DNA from: an uncultured delta proteobacterium
GTDB taxonomy: Bacteria; Myxococcota; UBA727; VGSZ01
Direction of reading: 5' to 3'
NCBI GenBank assembly: GCA_963775425.1
Contig: CAVZJB010000012.1
Span: 320,001 to 384,000, forward strand
DNA length: 64,000 bases
The notes below the pieces were generated by a model. That model was given only the letters and a program-made list of their open reading frames with translations, made no database searches and was not told where the DNA came from. This document shows positions 33,120 through 44,900 of this stretch, piece by piece (within the stretch, counting starts at the first letter, position 1; each line of letters begins with the position of its first letter). The position numbers were made by a program, and so were the translations under genes.

Positions 33120-34711
33120 GCGCGCGCCTGGTGCAGCACTACGTGGCGGAGAGCGCGCGGACGGCTCCCGCGAAGGTCGCTGCGTGCGGCGGCCCGGACG
33201 ACGAGGCCGTCACCTACGCCGATCTCGAGGCGGGCTCCAACCGCATCGCGCACTGCCTCCGGGACAGCGGCGTCGCACGCCAGGAGCGGGCGATCCTGTG
33301 CATGGCGCGCTCCCCGCGCAGCGTCTGCGCGATGCTCGGCGTGCTCAAGGCGGATGCCGTCTACGTCCCGTTGGCGCCGGCCCAACCCGCGGTGCGCAGC
33401 CGGCGCATCCTCGAGGATTGCGATCCCGCCGCGATCGTCTGCGACGCGGCGGGCGCGCGTTCGCTCCTCCCCCTCGCGCGTGAGGTCGCGCCGAAGGCGC
33501 GCGTGCTCGTCCTCGGAGGGGCAGGCGCCGGCGACGGCGAAAGCGCGGAGGGCGCCCGCCTCTGCGAACGCGACGTCGACGCCTGCTCTTCGGAGGCCCC
33601 GGCCACCGCCAACATCGATCGCGACCTCGCCTACATCCTGTACACCTCCGGATCCACCGGCCGGCCCAAAGGCGTGATGATCTCCCACGCGAACATCCGC
33701 CACTACATCGACTGGGCGGTGGACTTCGTCGGGATCCGCGCCGAAGACGAGCTCCTCTCCACGGCCCCGTTCGAATTCGACATGTCGACGTTCGACATCT
33801 ACTGCGCGCAGAAGGCCGGGGCGACGCTGCACATCATCCCCGACGAGCTCGTCATCTTTCCCACCGCGATGTTGGACTTCATGGAGGCCCACGGCATCAC
33901 CGTCTGGAAGGGCGCCTCCTCCCTGCTGCTCCACCTCGACAAGCTCGGCGCGCTCACGCCCGAGCGCGTCCCGCTCCTGCGCGCGGTGCTCTTCGGCGGT
34001 GACCGCCTTCCCGCGTTCAGCCTCATCCGCTGGATGGAGACCTTCCCCGAGAAGCGCTTCTACAACGCCTACGGCCCCACCGAGGCCACCGGTGTGTCCG
34101 CCTGCTGCCTCATCTCCACACCGCCCGCGGACGCGCGCGCGGCCGTCCCCGTCGGCCGGCCGCGCGCGGGCACCGAGCTCGTGATCATCGACGAGGACGG
34201 CCGACCGGCGCCCGCCGGCGCGCAGGGCGAGCTGTGCATCGGCGGAGCGGGCGTCAGCCGCGGCTACTGGGGCGACGACGACAAGACGCGGCGCGCGTTC
34301 ATTCCCCACCCGGTGACCGGCGACCCGCGCGACCCGGTGCACAAGACCGGCGACCTCGCCTTCCAGGGACCCGACGGCAACTTCCACCTCGTCGGGCGCA
34401 AGGACGACCAGGTGAAGATCCGCGGCTATCGCGTGACGCTCGGGGAGATCGGCGCCGAGCTGTCTTCGCTGCCCGATGTGCTCGACGCCGCCCTGGTGAT
34501 GAGCGCGCGCGGGGACGAGCCGGAGCTGGTCGCCGCGGTCGAGCTCCGTGCGCCCGCCACGCCGGCGGACGTCCAGCGTCTCCTCAAAGGCCGGCTCCCG
34601 CATTACATGGTGCCGGCGAGGATCGTCGCCGTCGACGCCGTCCCGCGCAACGAGCGGGGCAAGCCGGATCGCGATCGCCTGCTACGGCTGGTGCAAAGGC
34701 CGGACGGTTGA
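33116..34711 (+). CDS. Stand-alone amino acid adenylation protein
   Basis: GTG 33116 overlaps the upstream TGA; YTSGSTGRPKG, YGPTE, KTGD, GRKDDQVKIRGYR, NERGK. Confidence 0.92.
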   Translation: MSARLVQHYVAESARTAPAKVAACGGPDDEAVTYADLEAGSNRIAHCLRDSGVARQERAILCMARSPRSVCAMLGVLKADAVYVPLAPAQPAVRSRRILEDCDPAAIVCDAAGARSLLPLAREVAPKARVLVLGGAGAGDGESAEGARLCERDVDACSSEAPATANIDRDLAYILYTSGSTGRPKGVMISHANIRHYIDWAVDFVGIRAEDELLSTAPFEFDMSTFDIYCAQKAGATLHIIPDELVIFPTAMLDFMEAHGITVWKGASSLLLHLDKLGALTPERVPLLRAVLFGGDRLPAFSLIRWMETFPEKRFYNAYGPTEATGVSACCLISTPPADARAAVPVGRPRAGTELVIIDEDGRPAPAGAQGELCIGGAGVSRGYWGDDDKTRRAFIPHPVTGDPRDPVHKTGDLAFQGPDGNFHLVGRKDDQVKIRGYRVTLGEIGAELSSLPDVLDAALVMSARGDEPELVAAVELRAPATPADVQRLLKGRLPHYMVPARIVAVDAVPRNERGKPDRDRLLRLVQRPDG

Positions 34712-35947
34712 GAGCTTGCCGGAGCGCTCCGTCGGCAGGTAGTCGACCCGCTCGACGCTCACCGTCGAGGTGCGCAGCACGCTCCCGAGCGCCTCGGTGA
34801 GGCGCTCCCGCTCGCCTTGGGGGAGCTCGCCGTCGGCGAGGTAGCGCAGGACGACCTCGTGCGCGCCGGTCTGCACCAACTGGTACAGCGCGAGGCCGTC
34901 GGGGGCCCCCACGGCGTCGTCGATCTGCCGCGGGGTGACCGGCGGGCCGCCGGGGGCGTGGATCATCCGCGTCGCGCGCCCTTGCATCGTCACGGCCGGG
35001 AAGCCGTGGCCGCACGGGCACGGCTCTTCGAGCAAGCGATAGACGTCCCCCGTCAGATAGCGAACGCGTGGGAGGACCTGGTCGCCGATGCTGGTGACGC
35101 ACAGCTCGCCCGCCTCGCCGGGGGAGGCCCAGCGATCCTCGACGAGCAGCTCGAGGAAGAACGACTTCGCGTTGAGGTGCAGGACGCCGCGCGGACACTC
35201 CATCCCGAGCCAGCCGAGCTCGCTCATCGAGACGACCTCGGACAGCGGCGTCGCCGGCGGGAACGCTGCGGCGAGCCGACGCCGCACGGTCGCCGTCAGC
35301 ATCGCGTTCGTGCACGCGATGGCGCGGACCGCCGGCGGGGAGATCCGGCGGCGCGCCATGTGCCGCGTCAGCAGCCACAACTGGTTCGCGTCTGCGTACA
35401 GCAGATCGGGCGCGTAGTCGCAGAGCTCTTGCGCCGATTGATCGAGCAGCGCCGCCGGCGTCGCCAACAGGTCGTTGTCGGCAGGCAGGAGCAGAGTGCG
35501 GTCGGGAAAAATCCGCTCGGCCATCGGCGCGTCCGCGCCGGGGCGGCCGGGCTCCGTGGAGTTGGGCGCCGCGAGGCGCGCGGTCTTGTAGCCGCGCAGC
35601 GTCAGGGGGAAGCCGAAGGCGGGGTGGATCGCGAGCGTCTCGAGCCACCGTCGCGTCAGGAGGACGCGCGCGCACACGGAGATCACCGGCTCGCCGTCGC
35701 TCCCGGAGCTGCGCGAGCGAACGAGCCACGCGTCGTCCTCACCTCGGCCCCGCGCGAGCATCTCCGAGGACGGGGTGCGCCGGTAGTCGGCCTTCTGCGT
35801 CGTCGGCAGGCGGGACCAGGCGTCCGCCGCGTGGACGTGTTCGGGGCGTACGCCGGCGTCGTCGTACAGCCGCCGGAAGAACGCGACGTTGTCGTACGCA
35901 AACACGGCCTCGGCCCGCGCACGCTCCAGGTTCTCGGGCGTGATCAT
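34682..35947 (-). CDS. Phenylacetate-CoA ligase (PaaK)-like AMP ligase
   Basis: FFRRLY, LPTTQK, RSSGSDGEP, RYLTGD, CPCG, ERSGK; ATG overlaps the PKS-NRPS stop. Confidence 0.8.
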   Translation of the reverse strand: MITPENLERARAEAVFAYDNVAFFRRLYDDAGVRPEHVHAADAWSRLPTTQKADYRRTPSSEMLARGRGEDDAWLVRSRSSGSDGEPVISVCARVLLTRRWLETLAIHPAFGFPLTLRGYKTARLAAPNSTEPGRPGADAPMAERIFPDRTLLLPADNDLLATPAALLDQSAQELCDYAPDLLYADANQLWLLTRHMARRRISPPAVRAIACTNAMLTATVRRRLAAAFPPATPLSEVVSMSELGWLGMECPRGVLHLNAKSFFLELLVEDRWASPGEAGELCVTSIGDQVLPRVRYLTGDVYRLLEEPCPCGHGFPAVTMQGRATRMIHAPGGPPVTPRQIDDAVGAPDGLALYQLVQTGAHEVVLRYLADGELPQGERERLTEALGSVLRTSTVSVERVDYLPTERSGKLSTVRPLHQP

Positions 35948-38900
35948 CCCCGCGTGATCCCGTCGATCATCGTCGCGAGCGCGCGCGCGACGCCTGAGAC
36001 GGCGGGCGGCGTGAGCAGCGTGAAGTGGTCGGCCGGCACGTCCACCACGTCGATGCGGGCGGCGACGGGCGCCCAGCCGAGCGACGCATCCGCGTCTTTG
36101 AACAGCGGTCGTGCGGCGCGGAACAGCGCCAACGGAGCGCGCGCGGGCTCGAGGCGGTGGGCGCGCGCGCCGACCGCGTTCGACCGATAGACGCCGAACA
36201 GATGCAGGGCCTGCTCGACGTCCATCTCGGGCGGGACAAGGCCCGCCGCCCGGGCGCGCTCGAAGCCGGTGCGCAAGGCGCGCTCGGCGCTTGCCCCCGA
36301 CGCGCCGGCGCCGCCGGCGCCGCCGGGAGCGCTCCGGCCGCCGGCGAGGTCGCGCAGGAAGGCCTCGGTCAGCGCGCCGTCGTCGAGGGCCGGCGCCGCG
36401 CCGGGCGCCCAGGTGTCGATCAGCGCGACGAGGGGGACGCTCTCGCCCGCGCGGATCAAGCGCTCCGCCATCTCGACGGCGATGACGCCGCCCGACGACC
36501 ACCCGCCGAGCGCATAGGGGCCGTGGGCGCGGACGGATCGCACCGCCGCCAGGTACGCCTCCACCGCCTCGGTCAACGACAGGGGCGCGGCGCCGGGATG
36601 AACGCCCGGGCATTCGAGCCCGTAAAACGGCCGATCCGTCCCCAGGCCCCTGGCCAGCTCGGCGTAGCAGAGCACGCCCCCGCCGGCGGGATGAACGAAG
36701 AAGAGCGGGGTGCGGTCGCCGCGCGGTTGAATCGCGACGAGCGGTGAGCGCCGTGCGCCGCCGCCGTCCTCGAGCAGCTTCGCCATCTCGGCGATCGTCC
36801 CGCCGCCGGTGAGGACCGTCGACACCGGGAGCTCGCGACCGAAGGCGGCGCGGACGCGGGCCACCAGACGCACGGCCATCAGCGATTGGCCGCCGAGCTC
36901 GAAGAAGTTGTCCTCGACGCCGATGGTCTCCACCTCGAGCACGCTCCGCCAGATCTCCGCCAACCGCTCCTCCAGCGCGTTGCGCGGCGCGGTGCGCTTG
37001 CGCGGCGTCGCCGGCGCCGTCGTGTCCGGCAGCAGCCGCCGGTCGACCTTGCCGTTGGGGCCGAGCGGCAGCGCGTCGAGGACGCCGAAGCTCTGCGGCA
37101 CCATGTACTCCGGCAGCTTGCTCAACAACAACGCGCGCAGCTCGCCCGGCGACGGCGGCGCGCCCTTGTCACCGACGACATACGCCGCGATGCTCTTGGG
37201 CCCACGCTCCTTGCCCCTCACCGTCGCGACCGCCGCGCGCACGCGCGCGTGCTGCAGGAGCGCCGCCTCGATCTCGCCGAGCTCGATCCGGTACCCCTGC
37301 ACCTTCACCTGTTGGTCGTCCCGGCCGAGGAACTCGAGCGTCCCGTCGGGCAGGTACCGCGCGACGTCGCCCGTCCGGTAGAGGCGCTCGCCCGTGCGCG
37401 GGTGGCGAACGAAGCGCTCCGCCGTGCGCTCGTCGTCGCGCCAATACCCGAGCGCGACGCCGGCGCCGCCGATGTAGAGCTGCCCGGGCACGAACACCGG
37501 TCGCGGCTCGAACGCTTGATCCTCCACGTGCAGCGTCTGGTTCCTCATCGGAACCCCGTAGGGGATGCTCGTCGCGCCCGCGTCCACCTCGCCGATGGGA
37601 TGAATCACCGACCAGATCGAAGCCTCGGTCGCGCCGCCGAGGCTCACCACCTCCACCTTGTCGCTGAGCGCGCGCACGCGCTCCGGCAGGTTGACGGGGA
37701 TCCAGTCGCCGCTCAACAAGACCAGCCGCAGGTCGGCGGGCAGGGCGCGGCGGCCGGCGCAGTGCTCGACGAGCATCTCCATCATCGCGGGCACGGTGTT
37801 CCAGATCGTCACCTGGTGGCGCTCGAGGAGATCGAGCCAGTGCGCGGGATCGCTCTGGCGAAGCGCCTCCGGCATGACCACCGCCCCGCCCGCTGCGAGG
37901 GGCCCGAAGATGTCGTAGACGGACAGATCGAACGTCAGCGCGGCGAGCGCGAGGACGCGATCGGCGGGGCCCACGTGGAAGCGCTCGTTGACGTCGACGA
38001 TGGTGTTCACGGCGCCGGCGTGCGTGATCATCACGCCCTTGGGCCGGCCGGTGGAGCCGGAGGTATAGATGACGTAGGCGAGATCCTCGGGCGTCGCCGT
38101 CGCGCCCTCGGCCGAAGCGTCGTCGGCGGCCGCAGCGTCGTCGGCGGGGGCGCCGTCGACGACGATGCGCTCCACTCCCGGCGGCCACACGAGGCGCTGG
38201 TCCACCCGGGGTTGGGTCAAGACCACGCGCACCTCGGCGCTCGCGAGGAGGGCACGCAGGCGATCGGGCGGGACGCCGGGATCGATCGGCAGATAGGCGG
38301 CGCCCGCGTGCAGCACGGCCAGCGCGCCCACCACCTGCTCCCATCCCTTCTCCATGACGACGGCGACCATCGTGTTGGCGCGCGCGTCGCGCTCACGCAG
38401 CGCCCGCGACAGCGCGCGGGCGCGGGCGCCGAGCTCGCCATGGCTCAGGGTCCTGTCGGCCGTGATCACCGCCGGCGCCGCGGCGTCCTTGACGGCGGCG
38501 TCGCGCGCGAGCCCGTGGAGGGTCGCACGGGGCGCGGGCGTCCCCGCCCGGTTCAGCGCGCGCCGCTTGTCGAGGTCCTCCTTCGGCGTCAGCCCCGACA
38601 GCGGCCGCTTCCACGCGCTGGCGTCGGCGGCGAGCGTGCCCACGACGTCCGCGTACGCCCGAAACATCTTCGCGCACACGCCGGGGGGGAACACCTCCTC
38701 CACCATGTCCCAGTTGAAGACGAGCGCGCCTTTGCGCTCGTAGGTCTGGTGGTCCAACAGCACGTGAGGCGTCTGGATCACGCCGTAGCTCCAGGCGTCC
38801 GCCCACTCCCGCGGGAACGGCTCCTCGGCCCCGAGCAGCGTGGCGAACACCACCGGCATCAGCGCGCGCGCGGAGCCGTGCAGACGATTCAGCTCCCGCA

Positions 38901-41900
38901 CCACCTCGACGCCGCTCACGAGCCCGTGCTCCATCGCCTCGGCGAGCTGCTCTTGTACGTCACGCGCGCGTGTGACGAACGCGTCGCGCGCCGAGAGATC
39001 GATGTCGAGCAGGAGCGTCGAGCTGAAGTTGCCCACCACCCGATGCACCTCCGGGTGAAACGGCGGGCGGCTCTGCACGAGGACGTTCATGCCGAAGCGC
39101 TGCGACTTGCTCCAGGCGCCGATGACCTCGGCGAAGGCGGTGGCGAGCGCCGCGGTGGGTGTGAGTCCCAGCTCCGCCGCGGTGGTCTTGAAGCGACGCC
39201 AGGCGACCGCCTCGATCCGCTCGGTGCGGTGGCCGAAGCGCGGCCGCCCCACCGCGGCGAGGCTCTTTTCAAGCGGCAGCTCGGGACCCGAGGGGAACGT
39301 CGGCAAGCGGCGCCACCAATACTCCCGGTCGCGCGTATAGGCTTCCGTCCCCTTCTGGGCTTCGATCGCGAGCCGGACGTCGCGGGGACCCAGGGTGAAG
39401 GGCGGCAGCGCCGCGGCCGGATCACGATAGAGCGCCGCCATCTCGTGGAGGATGGTTCCGAGGCTCTCGCCGTCGGCGGCGATGAGCGCGAACGACACGT
39501 GGACGCGCGCCGAGAGGTCGGGGCGCCGCACCACCACCCACTCGAACAGCGGCCAGCGATCCGTGCGCGGGCCCCGCTGCGTCATGTCTTCGCGCACCTC
39601 GGCCAGCGCCTGCTCCACCTCCGCCGCGCCGGCGTGGCGGAGATCGCGGACGGCGAGCGCCGGCCTGACCGGCTCGTCGAGCACCCGCACCATCCCGTCG
39701 TCGGTGACGACGGCGCGGAGCATCTCGTGGCGTTCCACCACGCGCTCGAGGGCCCGCTGGAGACGGTCGAGATCCAGCTCCTGGAATTCGTACTCGACGT
39801 AGAAGTGGCCGAAGACGTTGCCGAGCTCGAAGTGGGCTGCCTGCCCCATCCAATACGCCTGCTGCAGATCGGTGAGCGGGAACGGCCCGTCGCGCTCCTG
39901 CGGCGACGATGACGACGATGACGACGACGGCGGCGACGCCGGCGCGGCGGACGGCTCTCCCGCCACCGCCGCCGTCTCCTTCCGCGACGCGGGCTCGAGC
40001 TTGTGCAAGACGTGCTCGGCCAACTGGGCGAGCGTCATGCGCGAGAGCAGATTGGCGAGCCGCACCGAGACGGAGAGGTCGGCCTCGAGCGCGCTGCGCA
40101 GCTCCATGCCCATGAGCGAGTCGAGGCCGAGCTCGCGCAGCGGCTGATCGACGGAGAGCGACGCCGACGGGATGCGCAGGATCCGGCTCGCGTGCGCCGC
40201 GAGGTACTCCGCCACCAAGGCGGGTCTGCGGGCGGCGTCGGCGACGACGAGCGCGTCGGCGGTGGGCGCGCTCGCGGGCGGCGGGCTCGCCGGCAGCGGC
40301 TCCGCGCTCTTGGCCTGGGCCGTGAGCCGCGACAGGAACGGCAAGCGCGCCGCGCGCGGGTACAGGCGGCCGAACTCCCTCCAGTCCACCGGGATGACGA
40401 GCGCTTCCGTGGCGCCCTGCTGGACGAGCTGCTCGAGGAGCACCAGGGCCTCGGCGGGATCCATGCCGGACATCGCGCGGGGAGAGCTCTGTCCGCCGTC
40501 GAGGACGTCGTCGGCCATCCCCCCTTCCTTCCACATGCCCCAGTTGACCGAGAGCGCGGGGCGGCCGAGCGCGCGGCGGTGATGGGCGAGCGCATCGAGG
40601 AAGGCGTTGCCTGCAGCGTAGTGGGCGAGCTGCGGTGAATTCAGGATCGACGACGCCGACGAGTACAGGACGAAGAAGTCGATGGGTTGGTCCAGCGTCG
40701 CCTCGTGCAGCGTCCAGGCACCATCGACCTTCGCCCGCGCCATCGACTCGTAGTCGTCCGCCGTCATCTCCGCGACGGGGCGGAGGCTGCCGACGCCGGC
40801 GCAGTGGATCACGCCGCGCAGCGGGCGCGCGCCTCCCGCGATCGCGCGCTCGATCACGGCCGACAGCGCCGCGCTGTCGCCGACGTCGGCGGCGGCGACG
40901 GTGACCGCGGCCCCGAGCGACTCGATCTCGCGAATCCTTGCGATCTGCTTTCCCGCGGGGCTCTGCGGATCGACCCGGTCCCACTGTCCCCGGTCGGGCG
41001 GCGTGCGGCGCGAGACGAGGACGATGTGGCCCGCGCCGTTGTCGGCCAACCAACGGGCGGAGTGCAGCCCGAGGGCACCGAGCCCGCCGGTGATGAAATA
41101 GGTCCCGTCCTGCGCGAGCGGGGCGATCTTCTCGAGCCGGCGGACGACGCGCATGCGGGACAGGCGCGCCAGATGCCGGCGGCCGTCGCGGTACGCGACC
41201 TGATCTTCGGCGTCCTCGGTGCGCAGCTCCCCCAACAAGTCGGTGGCCGCCTGGGTGGGGGACGCGTCGGGGTCGAGGTCCAAAAGGCCGCCCCACAGCG
41301 AGGGGTGCTCGAAGGCGAAGCTGCGACCGAAGCCCCACAGCGGTGCCTGCTCGACGCTGATGGGGTCGTCCGCGGCGACCGCCTGGCACCCGCGGGTGAC
41401 CATGAACAGGCGCGCCGCGCTCCTGGACTCTTCCGGGATGAGCGCCCGCGCCGCGTGGAGGGCGGCGGTGATCGTGCGCCGCTGGTCCGCTCCGAGCGTT
41501 TCGCGCGCCGCGTCCAGGGCCGCCAGCAGCACCACGCCGCGGATGGGTCCCTTCTGCGCCGCGGTGCGCACGAGCGCCTGCACCGTCTCCATTTGCGTCG
41601 CGTCCTCGGTGCGCGCGAGGAGGCACCGCTCGCCCTCGCGGGTCAACAAGCGCGACAGCTCGGCGCCGGTTCCGTCCCGGCCGCCGATGACGATCCAGGA
41701 CCCCGGCGCGCGCGCGCGCCATCGCTCCGCGGCCACCGGCGGCGGCGCCGGCTCCCAGCCGAGGTTGTAGAGCCACTCCAACCGCTCCGGCGCGTCGACG
41801 GCGATGCCGGACTCGAGGATCTGCAGCTCGAGATCCTCGATCTCGAGCGCGAGCCGGCCGTCTTGATCGTAGGCGCGCACGTCGACGGAGAAGGAGTCGG

Positions 41901-44900
41901 GGCGAACGCTCTCGGGTCGAACCCGCGCGTGGCTCCACAGCCGCACCGCCGGCCGCTCGAACACGCGCATGTGGCCGATTCGCACGGGGACGAAGGGGCG
42001 CGGGGCGCCGCCTGCGAGGACGGCGAGGTGGGCGCATGCGTCGCAGACCGCGGGGTGGAAGCGGTAGCGCGGGAGCTCAGCCACGAGCGCGTGCGGCACG
42101 CGGATCTCCGCCAGCGCTTCGCCCGGACCGAGGTGGAGGAGCTCGATGCCCCGGTAGGCGGGTCCGTAGTGGTTGCCCACCGCCTGCAGCCGGGCATAGA
42201 CGTCGGCGGGCACCGCCTCCTCGCGACACCGCGCGCGCACGTCGTCGAGGGAAACGCGCTCCTGCGCGTCCTTGACGACGTCGCGGACGACCTGTCCGTG
42301 GGCGCCGAGGATCCACGGCTGCTCGTCGGAGCGGCGGCCCTGCATGTGGATCTCGAAGCGCGGCGGCTCCGTCTCGCCGGCGAACAGCAGCAACTGGAGC
42401 TTGCGCGTGGCCTCTTCGGGAAAGACGAAGGCGCGGCGGATGTGCAGCTCCGCCACGGACCACGGCCCTGGACCGAGCGCGCGCTCCGCAGCGGCGAGCG
42501 CCATCTCGAGGTACGCCGCGCCGGTGAGGACCGCCGCGCCCTGGATGCGGTGGTCGTCGCCGTGCACCGTCTGTTTGTCGAGGTCCACGGTGAACGCGTG
42601 CGCGCCGCCGGGGGTCGCGAGCTCGACGTGGCCGCCGAGCAGCGGGTGCGCATCGCCGTGCTGCGTCGCTCCCGCGGCGCCGCCGGCGAGCGCACGATTC
42701 GCGCGCGCAGGTGCAGCGTCGAACCAACAGCGCTCGCGTTGCCAAGGGTAGGCGGGCAGCGGGTAGACGGCGCCCGGCTCGTCGTACAGCGACGCCCACT
42801 CGACCGGCGCGCCCAGACACCACAGCGCCGCGAGCAGCTCCAGGAGCGCGGCGTGCTCGCGCTCGCGCTCGCTCGCAGCGATGACGGCGCCCTTGTTCCC
42901 CGCCTCCCGCAGCGTCCGTGCGATCACCGGCCGCAGGACGGAGTGGCCCGAGATCTCCACCCACGCGTCGATCTTGTCCGCGAGCAACGGGCGGATCGCC
43001 GCGTCGAACATCACGGGCTCGCGCGCGTTGCGCCACCAGTAGCGCGCGTCGAGGTCCGAGGACGCCGCTTCGCGGCCCGCCATCTCCCCCGCGGTGGGCA
43101 GGAACCGCGCCGTCAGCGGTGCGGTGCGCACGACTCCGACCGCGGCGAGGAAGGAGTCGAGCAGGGGATCGAGCTGCGTGCTGTGTGCGGCGAACTCGAT
43201 GTCGACCCTGCGACAGAAGACCCCCTGGCGCGAGAGCTCCTCCTCGACGGCGTCCATCGCTTCCGTGTCGCCGGACAAGACCGTTGACCGGCTCCCGTTG
43301 TGGGCGCCGACGACGACCCCGGCGTAACCGGCGACCAGGCGGCGGGCGTCGTCGATCGACAGCTCCGTGGCGAGCATCTTCCCCTTGCCGGCGATGCGTG
43401 CGCAGATGGCGCCGCGCTCGCAAATCAGCCGGCACGCGTCCTCCAAAGAGAGCGCGCCCGCGACGTGGGCGGCGGCGATCTCCCCCATGCTGTGCCCGAG
43501 CACGACGTCGGGGACGACGCCGTAGCGCCGCAAGGCGGCGACGAGCCCGACCTGCATGGCGAAGATGGCGGGCTGGACGAGCGCCGCGTCGTGCAGGTCC
43601 GGCTCCGCGGCGGCGAAGACCTTGTCGATGATGGAGCCGGGCAGGAACGCGGACATCGCCCGGTCGCACGCCTCGATAGCCTGACGAAAAGCCGGGTCGC
43701 CGGTCATGAGCTCGCGGCCCATGCCGGGCCACTGTCCGCCATGGCCGGGGAAGACGAACGCGACACGCGGCGGTCGCGCGGCCGCGTGCAAAGAGGCGCC
43801 CCGCAGCGAGGCGGCGAGCTCGGCCGCGGAAGCGCCGACGACGGCGGCGGCGTGCTGATGGCGGGTGCGACGGAGCGCGGCCGTCGAGCACAGATCGCCG
43901 AGCGCCGACGCCGTCGCCGGCTCCTCCAGGAGCGCCGCCGTGCGGTTGGCCATCGCCTTGAGCGCGTCGCTCGTCGCCGCGGACAGCGGAAGCACGAAGC
44001 GCGCGACCCGCTGCGCCGGGCGCTTCGGCGGCGCGGGCGCCTCCTGCAACACCACGTGCGCGTTTCCGCCGCCGAACCCCAACCCGGTCACCCCGGCGTG
44101 GCGTGGGCGTCCCCGATCGGGCCACGGCGCGTGACGTGCCTGCAGCTCGAGCCCGAGCGCATCGAAGGAGATGGCGGGGCTCGGCTCGCGGAAGTGGAGG
44201 CTCGCCGGCAGCTCCGCGTGGTGCAGCGCGAGCGCGGTCTTGATGACGCCGATGATCCCCGCCGCGGCGGTCAGGTGGCCGATGTTCGACTTCACCGAGC
44301 CCACCGCGAGGCGCGCGCTGCGCCCGGAGCCCATGACTGCGCCGAGCGCCCCGGCCTCGACCGGATCTCCGCGCGCCGTGCCGGTGCCGTGCAGCTCCAC
44401 GTAGTCCACCTCGGCGGGATCGACGCCCGCGCGGCGGTAGGCGGAGCGCAGCAGCTCCTCCTGCGCGCTCGGGCTCGGCGCCATGATCCAGTCGGCGCTG
44501 TGCCCGCCCGCGTTGACCGCTCCCCCGCGCAGCAGCGCGTAGATGCGATCGCCGTCGGCGCGCGCGCGCGTGAGCGGCTTCAAGTAGATGGCCCCCGCGC
44601 CTTCTGCGGGCACGAACCCGTCCGCGCCGCGGTCGAACACGGCGCAGCGTCCGTGCGGCGAGAGCACGCCGGCCTTCCCCAGCGCGATCGCGATGGACGG
44701 CGTGAGCATCAAGTGCACGCCCGCCGCCACCGCCGCGTCGCACTCGCCGCTCCAGATGCTCTGCATCGCGTAGTGCACCGCCGTCAACGAGGAGGCGCAC
44801 GCCGTGTCGAACGCGATGCTTGGGCCGCGAAAGTCGAAGAAGTACGAGACGCGGTGCGCGGCGAACGCGTCGTGCGTGGTGGTCGCGTAGGCGTCGAGCG

